This document shows positions 36,550-47,834 of a stretch of 64,000 bases of DNA, piece after piece. Under the pieces are notes generated by a model. The model was not told the origin of the DNA. It saw only the letters and a list, made by a program, of their open reading frames with translations, and did no database searches. The translations under genes and the position numbers were made by a program. The stretch spans positions 1-64,000 of the forward strand of contig JBGAQA010000028.1 in the NCBI GenBank assembly GCA_044220955.1, in the 5' to 3' direction. How positions within the stretch are numbered: position 1 is the stretch's first letter; each line of letters begins with the position of its first letter. The stretch comes from Sandaracinaceae bacterium (GTDB lineage Bacteria; Myxococcota_A; Polyangia; Polyangiales; Sandaracinaceae).

Positions 36550-37577
36550 GGTGCCGCCCCCGCGTCGGTGGGCGGCGGCTCCGGAGCCGCGACTCCGTCG
36601 CCCCCGTCGGGACATCCGTCGTGATCCTCGAAGCCGTTCTCGGTCTCGGGCTCGTTCGGGCAGGCATCGAAGCGGTCGGCCCAGCTGTCGTTGTCGTTGT
36701 CCGCCTCGGGGCAGCCGTCGTCGTCGAGGAACCCGTCGGGATCCTCCGCATCGCGCGGGCACTCGTCGGCCTCGTCCGCGACGCCGTCCGCGTCGTCGTC
36801 GGGATCGGGGCACCCGTCGATGTCGCGGACGCCGTCGAGATCCTCGGCTTCCGTGCGGCAGGCGTCGTCCGCGTCGTCGATCCCGTCCCCGTCGCTGTCG
36901 GCGCCCTCGATCGCGCGGTGGTGCGGCGCCGCGCGCGTCTGGATGACGCGCTGCCGCTCGGCGAGCGTCGGTGCCGCGTCGAAGAGCACCGCCTGAAGCC
37001 CGAGCGTGAGGATATACGTCGAGTTGGCGTCGATACCGCGCTCGTCGGTCTGCAGCACGTGCACGAAGCGCGCGACGGGCCCGATGTCGAGGTGGCCGGC
37101 CCCCTCGGTGCCCCCCGCGTCCCAGAGGTACCCGACACCGGCCTCGAACGTCGGGCGCGCGAGGTTGCCGGTCAGGGCCGCGCCGAAGTCGATCTCGATC
37201 CAGGGCCCCGTCGCCTCGGGCTCGGCCATCTCTTGACCGAGGCCGTCCGTCCGAAGGCGGCAGCCCGCGCTGATCGAGTACAGCGTCCCGACGCCCGGAT
37301 CGACGAAGCCTAGATCCGCGGGCGGCGCGGGCCCGTCTCCGAGCACGAGGGCCCGCGCGCGGATCGAGGGGAGCACGAAGCGCAGCGGCGCGAATAGTGC
37401 CGCCACGGAAGCGCCGCCACCCGGCAGGAAGCGATCCCGCGCGGGCGCGTTCAGCGGCGCCGCGAAGTCGGCCTCGATCTCCAGCATCGCGGCGCGCTCC
37501 TGTGCGCAGGCGAGATCGGGCGATGGAACGACGACGAGCCCCGCGCACGCCAGCGCGAAGAGGACGATGCGATGCAA
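36546..37577 (-). CDS. Outer-membrane beta-barrel + thrombospondin type-3 repeat protein lacking an OmpA C-domain
   Basis: Signal peptide, amphipathic beta strands, DxDxDG..D.C...ED.DG..D.DGCP repeats; TTG start inferred. Confidence 0.75.
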   Translation of the reverse strand: MHRIVLFALACAGLVVVPSPDLACAQERAAMLEIEADFAAPLNAPARDRFLPGGGASVAALFAPLRFVLPSIRARALVLGDGPAPPADLGFVDPGVGTLYSISAGCRLRTDGLGQEMAEPEATGPWIEIDFGAALTGNLARPTFEAGVGYLWDAGGTEGAGHLDIGPVARFVHVLQTDERGIDANSTYILTLGLQAVLFDAAPTLAERQRVIQTRAAPHHRAIEGADSDGDGIDDADDACRTEAEDLDGVRDIDGCPDPDDDADGVADEADECPRDAEDPDGFLDDDGCPEADNDNDSWADRFDACPNEPETENGFEDHDGCPDGGDGVAAPEPPPTDAGAAP

Positions 37578-37678
37578 GTGAAGGCCCCTCCCCGAACAGC
37601 GCGCAACGTAGCTGACGTAACGCCACGGGCCAGAGCGGGGCCGAAAGTATGTCGGCAGCGGAATCGCCGGCGGGCCCG

Positions 37679-39612
<1,934 letters not shown>

Positions 39613-39616
<4 letters not shown>

Positions 39617-39726
39617 GACCTCGCCTCCGGCGAATTGCGTCGGCTCGCTCCTGCGGTCCCTACCGTCCGCGCGCGGAGCGCGCTCCCGTCCGGGCCCTCC
39701 GTGTCGAGCACTCCTGCGGTCGTCAT
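39613..39726 (-). CDS. Putative 37-aa linker ORF
   Basis: ATGA overlaps with both the parC stop and the parE start; GAGG upstream. Confidence 0.35.
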
Positions 39727-42218
39727 GCTTTGACCTCGTCCTTCATGGTCGCTTCCGGCAGCTGCGGAACGGTCGGGGTGACGTCGGCGGCGCGAGAGAG
39801 CTTCTTCCCGCGCTTGTAGTTGTAGAGGGCGCTGCCCTTCCCTGCGCGCGACACGACCGCACGCTTGACGGACACCTCGTATTCCTTGCCGTCCTCGTTG
39901 AGCACGACCAGCGACTCGTTGATGTCGCGGATGAGGCGCGCCCCGACGACCGCGTCGTCCGCGCCGTCGATCTTGATCAGGCGGACGCCCTTGCCCGCGC
40001 CCGCCAGGACCGGCACCTCGCTGGCCATGCAGACGAGCGCGTGCGCGTGCGCCGTGGCGCAGGCGAGGCGCTCGCTTCCGTCGCAGAGATCGACGTAGAG
40101 GACCTCGTCGCCGTCGGCCAGACGCGCGTACTTGCGCCCTGCGCGGGTCGACGCGTCGCGGTGGCCGCGGAGCGAGAAGCGCGAGGTCTGGCCGAGCTTG
40201 GTGACGAAGAGCGCGTGCGGCCCAGGCGGCTCCTTCCCGTCGAGGAGCGGGCCATCGCCCTCCGGCTCGGGCGGCGGCACCTCGAGGACGCGCGGGTCGA
40301 AGGAGAGCATCTTCACGATGCGCTCGCCGTCCTGCATCTTGAAGATCGTCTGGACGGGATTGCCGTATCCGGTCGTCGCCGTGACGTCGACGATGCGCAT
40401 GACGTAGCAGGCGCCCGTCGACGAGAAGAGCGCGATGCACGCCTTCGTCGAGCCCGCGGCCACGTCGAGGATCGCGTCGCCCTCGCGCACGCGCGTCGCG
40501 CTCAGGTCGCGCACGCTCTGCTGTCGCTTCAGCCAGCCCTGCGCCGAGAGCAACACGACCGCGTCCTCGTCGATGATGAACGCCTCGGCGTCGTACTCCG
40601 TCTCCTCGGCGGCGGTGACCTTCGTCATGCGGCGATCGGCGTACGTGGTCTTGATCTCGAGCAGCTCCGCACGGATCAGCTTCCAGCGCGCCGCCTGGCT
40701 GGAGAGGAGCTGCGAGAGGCGCTTCTCCTCTTTCCGCTTCTCCTCGAGCTCACCGCGGATGATGTTGATCTCCAGCTGCGCGAGCCGGTAGAGCCGGAGC
40801 TCGAGGATCGCGTCGACCTGCAGCTCGCCGAGCTCGAAGCGCTTCATGAGCTTCTGCGCCGCGTCCTGCTTGCCCTCGCTCTTGCGGATGATGCGGATCG
40901 TCTCGTCGAGCGCGTCGAAGATCGTGACGAAGCCCTCGAGGATGTGGATGCGCTTCTTGATGGCCGCGAGGTCGAACCCGAGCCGGCGGACGACGACCTC
41001 CATGCGGAAGTCGAGGAACTGCCGGAGCATCTGGGCGAGCGAGCAGCGCTGGGGCGTCGTGAGCGTCTCGCCGCCCGCCGCTTTGATCGGCACGAGGCAG
41101 GTCAGGTTCACCTGCACGTTGGTCGAGAGCGAGGTGTGCTTGAAGAGGTACGCCATCACGAGCTCGGCGTTGGCCTCTTTCTTCAGCTCGCACACGATGC
41201 GCGTCTCGTCGGTGCTCTCGTCGCGCACGTCGAGGAGCAGCGGGAGCTTCTTCTCGATGATGATCTCGGCGATCTGCGCGACGACGTTCTTGCGCTCGAG
41301 CCCGTAGGGGATCGACTGGATGACGATGAGCGGATTGCCCTTGGCGACCGACTCCTCTTTCCACGTGCCGCGGAGCTTCAGCGAGCCCTGGCCGGTCTCG
41401 TAGACGTCCTCGAGCTCTTTGCGCGAGCTGAGCAGCTGCCCGCCCGTCGGGAAGTCCGGGCCCTTGATGTGCTTCAGCAGCTGCTTGGTGGTGCTCGCCT
41501 CGCCGTCGATCATCGCGACCGACGCGTCGATCACCTCGCCGAGCGCGTGCGGCGGGATCGAGGTGGCCATGCCGACGGCGATGCCCTGCGCGCCGTTCAC
41601 GAGCAGGTTCGGGAAGCGCGCCGGCAGGACGGTCGGCTCGGTCTCCTCGCCGTCGTAGTTCGGCCGGAAGTCGACCGTGTCCTTGTCCAGCTCGCCGAGC
41701 AGCTCCTGCGCCGAGCGCGAGAGGCGGCACTCGGTGTATCGCATCGCGGCGGCGGAGTCGCCGTCGGGCGAGCCGAAGTTGCCTTGTCCGTCGACGAGGG
41801 GCAGCCGGAGGGTGAACGACTGCGCCATCCGGACGAGCGCGTCGTAGATCGCGCTGTCTCCGTGCGGATGGTACTTGCCCATGACGTCGCCGACGACGCG
41901 CGCCGACTTCACGTGGCGGCCATCGTGGCGGACGCCCCCGCGCTGCATGCCGTAGAGGATGCGCCGCTGCACCGGCTTCATGCCGTCCCGCACGTCGGGA
42001 AGCGCGCGCGAGGTGACGACGCTGAGCGCGTAGCTCAGGTATCGCTTCTGCGTCTCCTCGGCGAGCGAGGCGTCCTGGATCGGCCCGCCACCACCGCCGC
42101 TGCCGCCGCCCGAGACCGGCGGCGGCTTGCGCGGCGGCGGCTTGGCTCCGGCCGGAAGCGCCCCGGGAGAAGACTGGAACAGCGCGAGCTGGTCCTTCGG
42201 ATCGGCGGTGGGTTCCAT
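39723..42218 (-). CDS. parC: Type IIA topoisomerase subunit A (topo IV-like, no GyrA box)
   Basis: [32 protein letters not shown] blade 1 lacks QxRGGKG. Confidence 0.85.
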   Translation of the reverse strand: MEPTADPKDQLALFQSSPGALPAGAKPPPRKPPPVSGGGSGGGGGPIQDASLAEETQKRYLSYALSVVTSRALPDVRDGMKPVQRRILYGMQRGGVRHDGRHVKSARVVGDVMGKYHPHGDSAIYDALVRMAQSFTLRLPLVDGQGNFGSPDGDSAAAMRYTECRLSRSAQELLGELDKDTVDFRPNYDGEETEPTVLPARFPNLLVNGAQGIAVGMATSIPPHALGEVIDASVAMIDGEASTTKQLLKHIKGPDFPTGGQLLSSRKELEDVYETGQGSLKLRGTWKEESVAKGNPLIVIQSIPYGLERKNVVAQIAEIIIEKKLPLLLDVRDESTDETRIVCELKKEANAELVMAYLFKHTSLSTNVQVNLTCLVPIKAAGGETLTTPQRCSLAQMLRQFLDFRMEVVVRRLGFDLAAIKKRIHILEGFVTIFDALDETIRIIRKSEGKQDAAQKLMKRFELGELQVDAILELRLYRLAQLEINIIRGELEEKRKEEKRLSQLLSSQAARWKLIRAELLEIKTTYADRRMTKVTAAEETEYDAEAFIIDEDAVVLLSAQGWLKRQQSVRDLSATRVREGDAILDVAAGSTKACIALFSSTGACYVMRIVDVTATTGYGNPVQTIFKMQDGERIVKMLSFDPRVLEVPPPEPEGDGPLLDGKEPPGPHALFVTKLGQTSRFSLRGHRDASTRAGRKYARLADGDEVLYVDLCDGSERLACATAHAHALVCMASEVPVLAGAGKGVRLIKIDGADDAVVGARLIRDINESLVVLNEDGKEYEVSVKRAVVSRAGKGSALYNYKRGKKLSRAADVTPTVPQLPEATMKDEVKA

Positions 42219-42411
42219 CGTTGCCCTGGTCCGGAGGGGTGCCCCGGAGGTGATACGGTCTGAGCCGATGTTCAGCATCGGCCGAGGCCGCTTCTAGCAG
42301 GACGGATCCGAGCCGGGCAAGGAACCGGAGGGCTTGGGAGGTCCCCCTCGCGCGCGTCGCGAGACGGCGCGGCAGCGACGTCGCTGGAAACACCGTACGT
42401 TTGCCGACGCC

Positions 42412-42882
42412 ATGGGACTGATGCCGCCCTACGATCCTTTTCGGGACCCCGCGCTCAGCTGGGTGCTCGCCCGCGTCGAGTCGGTGACGCCAGCACGGCC
42501 GACGTGGGCGCAGCCCGCGACGATCGTGCTCGTCGTCGAGGAGGTGCTGCGCGGCGCCGTGCCCGCCCGCGTCGCTGTGCCCTTCGGGCCACCGCGCGAA
42601 GCGGGGCAGGAGCAGTTCTACATCGCGCGCAGCGCTGGCCCGCAACCGTGGTCCGCCGAGCAGCGAGCCGCGGTCGCGAGACAGCGCGCCGATCTCGACG
42701 CGCGCGCGGTCGAGGTCCCCGAGGTCGGTGAGCGCATCGCGCTCTGGCTCCGGGAAGAGACGCCGGGCGTCTGGAGCGTGCCCACGCTCCGAACGATCGG
42801 AGCGCCGACACCGATGCCGATGCGCTCGCGCTGGATCGAGTCCGCGCACGTCGACGCAGTCCGAGCGCGCCTGCGGGGCTGA
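42412..42882 (+). CDS. Hypothetical protein
   Basis: 156-aa ORF with coding-like codon bias. Confidence 0.6.
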   Translation: MGLMPPYDPFRDPALSWVLARVESVTPARPTWAQPATIVLVVEEVLRGAVPARVAVPFGPPREAGQEQFYIARSAGPQPWSAEQRAAVARQRADLDARAVEVPEVGERIALWLREETPGVWSVPTLRTIGAPTPMPMRSRWIESAHVDAVRARLRG

Positions 42883-42888
42883 GATCTG

Positions 42889-42936
42889 GCTCTCGCTCTC
42901 GCTCTCGCTCTCGCTCTCGCTCTCGCTCTCGCTCTC
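42889..42936. repeat. (GCTCTC)8 microsatellite
   Basis: Eight perfect hexamers counted, followed by degenerate ctcg(a/g)c units. Confidence 0.95.
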
Positions 42937-42970
42937 GACCTCGGCCTCGCCTCGGGCGCACGCTCACCGC

Positions 42971-45496
42971 ATGCGTGCCCTCGCCCTCGCCCTCGCCCTC
43001 GTCCCCTCGCTCGCGCTCGCGCAGCCCGCGCCTTCGGGGCCGCACCCGCGCCTGTTCATGTCCGCAGCCGACCGGGCCGCGTACGCGGCGGACGCTGCGA
43101 CCCCCGGCACGCCGAGCGCGCGCGCGATCCGCGACTGCGACGACGCCATCGCCAACCCGGCCGAACAAGCGACGCGCGGCGGCGCAGACGGGAACACCTG
43201 GCCGCTCGCGGCGATGTCGTGCGCGTTCGCGTACCGCGTGACCGACGACGCGCGCTACCTGACCCAGGCGCTCGCCTCGTGGCACGCCGCGCTCGACGAC
43301 GACCAGGCCGTCGGAGATCGCCTCGGGTGCGTGCCCGGCGCCGCCACGGACTGGACGTCGTGGGACGGCAGCCCGCCGGCACCGCCGATCATCCTCACCA
43401 TCACCCACGATACCGGCTATCCGATCCGCTGGTACGGACCCTTCCTCGCGCTCACGTACGACTGGCTGTACTCGGCTCCCGGGGTGGACGACGCGCTCCT
43501 GGCGCAGACGCGCACCTGCCTCACGGCGTGGAACGACTACTACGCCGCGCGCGGCTACCACCACGACGAGGCAGGGGCGAACTACGGCGCCGGCTTCGTC
43601 CTCTCGCAAGCGCTGAGCGGCGTCGCCATCGGCGACGACGGCGGCGCGGACGGGCACGTGTTCACCGGCGCGATCGCGACGTACCGGGACGTGCTCGTCG
43701 GCCAGGGGCTCGCCGCGAGCCCGCCCGGTCCCATGGTCGACGGCGACTGGCTCGAGGGCTGGCAGTACGGGCCGCTCAGCGTGCTCGAGTACGCGATCGG
43801 CGCGCGCGCCCTGATCGACGCCGGCGCTTCCCTGCCACAGATGAGCGAGTGGACGAACTCGCTGATCGTGCGGCACGCGTACGGGCTGGTGCCCACCGGC
43901 GACGCGCAGTGGGCGGGTGGCGGCGACTTCGACTCGACGGAGCCCTACCCCGCACCGAGCGCGAACGTCATCCACGCGGTGCTGGTGGGTCCCTCGAGCG
44001 ACCTCGCGGCCTCCTGGGCGGCCGCGCTCGAGCCGGAGGGAGGCGACGCGTCGTTCCCGATCTACGGCGCGTTCGCGCACCGCCGCGCCGTCACGCCCGC
44101 GGACTTCCGCACGGCGAGCCCGCCCCCACCGACCTGGTTCCTCGCGCGCGGCTCGCGGACCGTGTATGCGCGCACCTCGTGGGACGCGAGCGCGCTCTGG
44201 GCCGTCTTCCAGTCGGCGCCCGCGCTCGTCTCGGACCACCAGCACTTCGCCGCGTCGAACTTCGTCCTCTCGCGCGGCGCCGACCACCTGATCGTCGACA
44301 GCTCGCAGTACGGGGCGCCGGACACCCTCGAGACGAACGCGCTCACGCTCGACTCGCCCCAGCTCGAGCTGCACGGCGACTACGCGCGGACGCAGACCCC
44401 GTGGAGCGAGGCGGCGCTCGCCTGGGCGCGCGCCTCGGCTGCAGGCGTGGTCGCGGCGCGCAGCGATCTCGCCGACGCGTTCGTCTTCTCGTCGAGCCCG
44501 AGCGACGTCTCCTACGCGGAGCGCGACTGGGTGCTGCTCCCCGAAGGAGCGGTGGTGGCGATCGACCGAGCCCACACCGCGGACGCGGCGCACGCGATGC
44601 ACGTGCGCTTCCACGCGAACACGGGCACGGGCGGGCTCACCCTCGCCGGTACGACCGCCACGGGCACCGTCGGCGGATCGCGCGTTGCGGTGAGCACCGT
44701 GATGACCTCGGGCGGCACGCCGTCGATCACGGCGCCCGACCACGTCGCCGACTCGAGCGGCTGCACCGCGAGCTTCCCGGCCGGGGACTGCAACGGTGCG
44801 CGCTTCGCGGTCGACATCTACGCGCTCGACGTGCCTGGGCCCTTCGCGAGCGCCGTGCACGTGATCGATGCCGACGCGGTCGGCGGCAGCGGCGCCACCG
44901 TCGGATCCGTCAACGACGCGCCCTACGCGGACGCGAGCGGCAACTCCGACGTCATCGGCGCCGCGGTGTTCGCGGGCACGCATCAGAGCTTCGTGCTCGC
45001 GTCGAGCGCGCACGAGGGCGCCGCCGGGGCGTCGATGACGTACTCGGTGCCCGCCGCCTCGGCGTCCCGCCACGTCGTGTTCGACGCTCCGGAAGCGGCG
45101 GACGGAACCTCCTCGGTCGTCGCGTCCGCGGCCTCCGCGCGCTGCGAGATCGCGATCACCGCCGGCGGCGGCGGGGGCTTCATCGGACACCCGCTCGTCT
45201 TCTCGGTGGACACCGCGTGCGTCGCGACCGACGGCGGCGACGTTCCGCCGGGCATGCCGCCGACCGGCGGAGCGGACGCGGGACCTCGACCGGATGGCGG
45301 GACGATCGGGCCGTCCGCCGACAGCGGAACCGGCGCGACTCCCGGATCGAGCGGCGGCTGCGAGTGCCAGGTCGCCGCCCGGGGCCGGGGCGGCCCCATC
45401 CCGATGCTCGCGCTCGCGCTCGCGCTGCTCGGCCTCGCGCGGCGCGAGCGGCGGCGCACCGCGGCCTCCTCACACCTGCGGGCGCCCGTTCGCTGA
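42971..45496 (+). CDS. Secreted heparinase II/III-like polysaccharide lyase with MYXO-CTERM sorting signal
   Basis: Signal peptide, helical N-domain with WLEGWQYG, DHQH..NFVL..G..LIVD motif, C-terminal GGCEC-TM-RRERRR. Confidence 0.75.
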   Translation: MRALALALALVPSLALAQPAPSGPHPRLFMSAADRAAYAADAATPGTPSARAIRDCDDAIANPAEQATRGGADGNTWPLAAMSCAFAYRVTDDARYLTQALASWHAALDDDQAVGDRLGCVPGAATDWTSWDGSPPAPPIILTITHDTGYPIRWYGPFLALTYDWLYSAPGVDDALLAQTRTCLTAWNDYYAARGYHHDEAGANYGAGFVLSQALSGVAIGDDGGADGHVFTGAIATYRDVLVGQGLAASPPGPMVDGDWLEGWQYGPLSVLEYAIGARALIDAGASLPQMSEWTNSLIVRHAYGLVPTGDAQWAGGGDFDSTEPYPAPSANVIHAVLVGPSSDLAASWAAALEPEGGDASFPIYGAFAHRRAVTPADFRTASPPPPTWFLARGSRTVYARTSWDASALWAVFQSAPALVSDHQHFAASNFVLSRGADHLIVDSSQYGAPDTLETNALTLDSPQLELHGDYARTQTPWSEAALAWARASAAGVVAARSDLADAFVFSSSPSDVSYAERDWVLLPEGAVVAIDRAHTADAAHAMHVRFHANTGTGGLTLAGTTATGTVGGSRVAVSTVMTSGGTPSITAPDHVADSSGCTASFPAGDCNGARFAVDIYALDVPGPFASAVHVIDADAVGGSGATVGSVNDAPYADASGNSDVIGAAVFAGTHQSFVLASSAHEGAAGASMTYSVPAASASRHVVFDAPEAADGTSSVVASAASARCEIAITAGGGGGFIGHPLVFSVDTACVATDGGDVPPGMPPTGGADAGPRPDGGTIGPSADSGTGATPGSSGGCECQVAARGRGGPIPMLALALALLGLARRERRRTAASSHLRAPVR

Positions 45497-45531
45497 CGCC
45501 TGGGGCGACGCGTCGTATGCTGCCCGCCTCC

Positions 45532-46506
45532 ATGGCTGGCCCCATCGCCGTGATCGTCAACCCCAACTCGCGCAAGAACCGCCGCGGCGGCGTGCGCGTG
45601 GACGACCTGCGCGCGGCGGTCGGGTCGAGCGGCGAGGTGTTCGTCACCCAGTCGCTCGGCGAGCTCGAGCAGACGATCGATCACGTGCTCGGCATGGATC
45701 CGTCCTGCCTCGTCTCGGTGGGCGGCGACGGAGCGCTGCACTGGGCCTTGAACGCGGCGCGCCCGCGCTGCGAAGCCAAGGGCCAGACCCTGCCGCCGGT
45801 GCTCCCGACGAACGGCGGAACGATCGACTTCGTCGCGCGCAAGGCGGGCGTCCAGGGCAACGCCATGGTCCTCTTACCCCGGCTCCGGGCTCACCTCGAT
45901 CGCACGCCGGCACTGCCGACCGTGGAGCTCGACTCGCTGGAGCTCGAGGCCGTGAGCGCCGCGGGGACGCGCACGCTGCTGGGCTTCGCGGTCGCCGCGG
46001 CCGGGATCGGGCAGCGCTTCTTCGACAAGTACTACGAGGACCAGGATCCGGGCCCGATGACGATCGTGTCGATCATCGCCAAGGCGGTCGGCTCGCTCTC
46101 GGTCGGCGGGCAGTACGCCAAGGACGTCTTCAAGCCCTTCGAGGCGCGGGTCACGATCGACGGCGTCGAGCTGCCGGCCGCGTCCCACGGCGGGATCCAC
46201 GCGGGCGCGTTCGACGTGAACCTCGGCGGGGTGATCAAGGTCTTCCCGCTCGCGCGTCCGCAGGGCACGGTGCAGTTCCAGGCCGGAGCGATCAGCGCCC
46301 CCCAGATCGTCCGGGCGCTCCCGGCCCTCTTGCGAGGCAAGCCGATCACGACCTCCCCCGACCTGCGCGACACGGCCGGGCACGTGATGGAGATCGAGGC
46401 CACCGGCGAGGAGCTGCTCCGCCCCGTGGTCGACGGAGAGATGTACGAGGGCATCCGGAAGCTCCGCCTCGCGCCCGGTCCGCGGATCCGGGTCGCGCGT
46501 GTGTAG
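45532..46506 (+). CDS. Diacylglycerol/sphingoid kinase family protein
   Basis: IVNPNS, VGGDG, GGTIDFVA, VVDGE. Confidence 0.85.
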   Translation: MAGPIAVIVNPNSRKNRRGGVRVDDLRAAVGSSGEVFVTQSLGELEQTIDHVLGMDPSCLVSVGGDGALHWALNAARPRCEAKGQTLPPVLPTNGGTIDFVARKAGVQGNAMVLLPRLRAHLDRTPALPTVELDSLELEAVSAAGTRTLLGFAVAAAGIGQRFFDKYYEDQDPGPMTIVSIIAKAVGSLSVGGQYAKDVFKPFEARVTIDGVELPAASHGGIHAGAFDVNLGGVIKVFPLARPQGTVQFQAGAISAPQIVRALPALLRGKPITTSPDLRDTAGHVMEIEATGEELLRPVVDGEMYEGIRKLRLAPGPRIRVARV

Positions 46507-46894
46507 GCCGCTGGTCCTCGCGGCGCTCCTCGCCGGCTGTGGAGCCTCGGCGCCGCCGACGACGGCCGTACCGCACGGCGAGACGCCGGAGTGCCACGCG
46601 TCCCGTGCCTGCGTCCTCGACGCGATGGCCACCTCGCGCCGCGATCACACGTGCACGTCCGCGGCCGAGTGCCGCGTGGTCCTCGGGCCCGGCCACCCGG
46701 ACCCGGAGTACGCCCAGGTGGTCTTCTCCGGCGACGCCGAGGCGCTCGAGGCGCGCGCGCGCGATCACCTCGACCGCTGTGGCGCGTTCCACCACCACGA
46801 GGCCATCGACGCCTACCGCGAGATCGAGGCCGCCTGCGACGAGGGTCACTGCGTCGCGCACGAGACGCTCGTGCACCTCGACCCGCCCCAGTGA
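46499..46894 (+). CDS. Small Cys/His-containing lipoprotein
   Basis: LAALLAGC lipobox; overlaps the kinase stop. Confidence 0.7.
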   Translation: MCRPLVLAALLAGCGASAPPTTAVPHGETPECHASRACVLDAMATSRRDHTCTSAAECRVVLGPGHPDPEYAQVVFSGDAEALEARARDHLDRCGAFHHHEAIDAYREIEAACDEGHCVAHETLVHLDPPQ

Positions 46895-46933
46895 AGCGCG
46901 GTCGTCCCCGATCGGGCCCCCTCGCCTCTCCGA

Positions 46934-47773
46934 TCAGGACCGGTAGCGCCGGCCTCCGCTGAGCTGGTCGGCGAGCACCACCAGATCCTGCTCCTTCTTG
47001 AGGAGCGTGCCGAGGAAGGGCAGCTTGTCGCTCAGCGTGACTCCGCCGAGCCCGGCGGAGCGGAGCACCGCGATCCAGTCGACCAGCTCGCTCGTGCTCG
47101 GCCGCTTGCGCAGGCGCTTCATGTCGCGGATCTCGTAGAACACGCCGAGCGCCTGCGCGACCAGCTGCTCGTCCACCGTGGGATGGTGCACCGCGACGAT
47201 GCGCTTCATGAGCTCCTGGTCCGGAAACTCGATGAAGTGGAACACGCAGCGGCGCAGGAAGGCGTCCGGCAGCTCCTTCTCGTTGTTGCTCGTGATGATC
47301 ACGATCGGCCGCTGCTGGGCGATGACGTCGTCGTCGGTCTCGGTGATGCGGAAGCGCATCCGATCGAGCTCGTGCAGCAGATCGTTCGGGAACTCGATGT
47401 CGGCCTTGTCGACCTCGTCGATCAACAAGACGACGCGCTGCGGGCTCTTGAACGACTGCCCGAGCGGTCCGAGCTTGATGTAGCGCCGGATGTCCTTCAC
47501 GTCGCCGTCGCCGAAGCGCGAGTCGTAGAGGCGCTGCACGGTGTCGTAGACGTAGAGCCCGTCCTGCGCGCGCGTCGTGCTCTTCACGTGCCAGGTCAGG
47601 AGCGGCAGACCCATGCCCTGCGCGACCGCCTCGGCGAGCAGCGTCTTGCCCGTCCCGGGCTCGCCCTTCACCAGCAGCGGGCGCTCCAGGAGGAGCGCGC
47701 AATTCACCGCGGCCTCGAGGCCCTCGTTCGTCAGGTAGCGGTCGGTTCCGTGGAAGCGGGCGAAGTCGTTCAT
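46934..47773 (-). CDS. MoxR-family AAA+ ATPase
   Basis: RPLLVKGEPGTGKT, LIDEVDKAD, TSNNEKELPDAFLRRC, PSTSELVDW. Confidence 0.93.
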   Translation of the reverse strand: MNDFARFHGTDRYLTNEGLEAAVNCALLLERPLLVKGEPGTGKTLLAEAVAQGMGLPLLTWHVKSTTRAQDGLYVYDTVQRLYDSRFGDGDVKDIRRYIKLGPLGQSFKSPQRVVLLIDEVDKADIEFPNDLLHELDRMRFRITETDDDVIAQQRPIVIITSNNEKELPDAFLRRCVFHFIEFPDQELMKRIVAVHHPTVDEQLVAQALGVFYEIRDMKRLRKRPSTSELVDWIAVLRSAGLGGVTLSDKLPFLGTLLKKEQDLVVLADQLSGGRRYRS

Positions 47774-47834
47774 ACGGCGCGGCGAGCGTGTCTCGCCGCC
47801 GCGCGATGCGCCAGAGGGCGCGCGGACAGGTCCC

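Noticed and set aside
42728..42970. N-terminal LSLSLS extension of the 922-aa ORF
   Set aside because: It is the microsatellite read in frame and overlaps the upstream gene; a clean signal peptide starts at ATG 42971.
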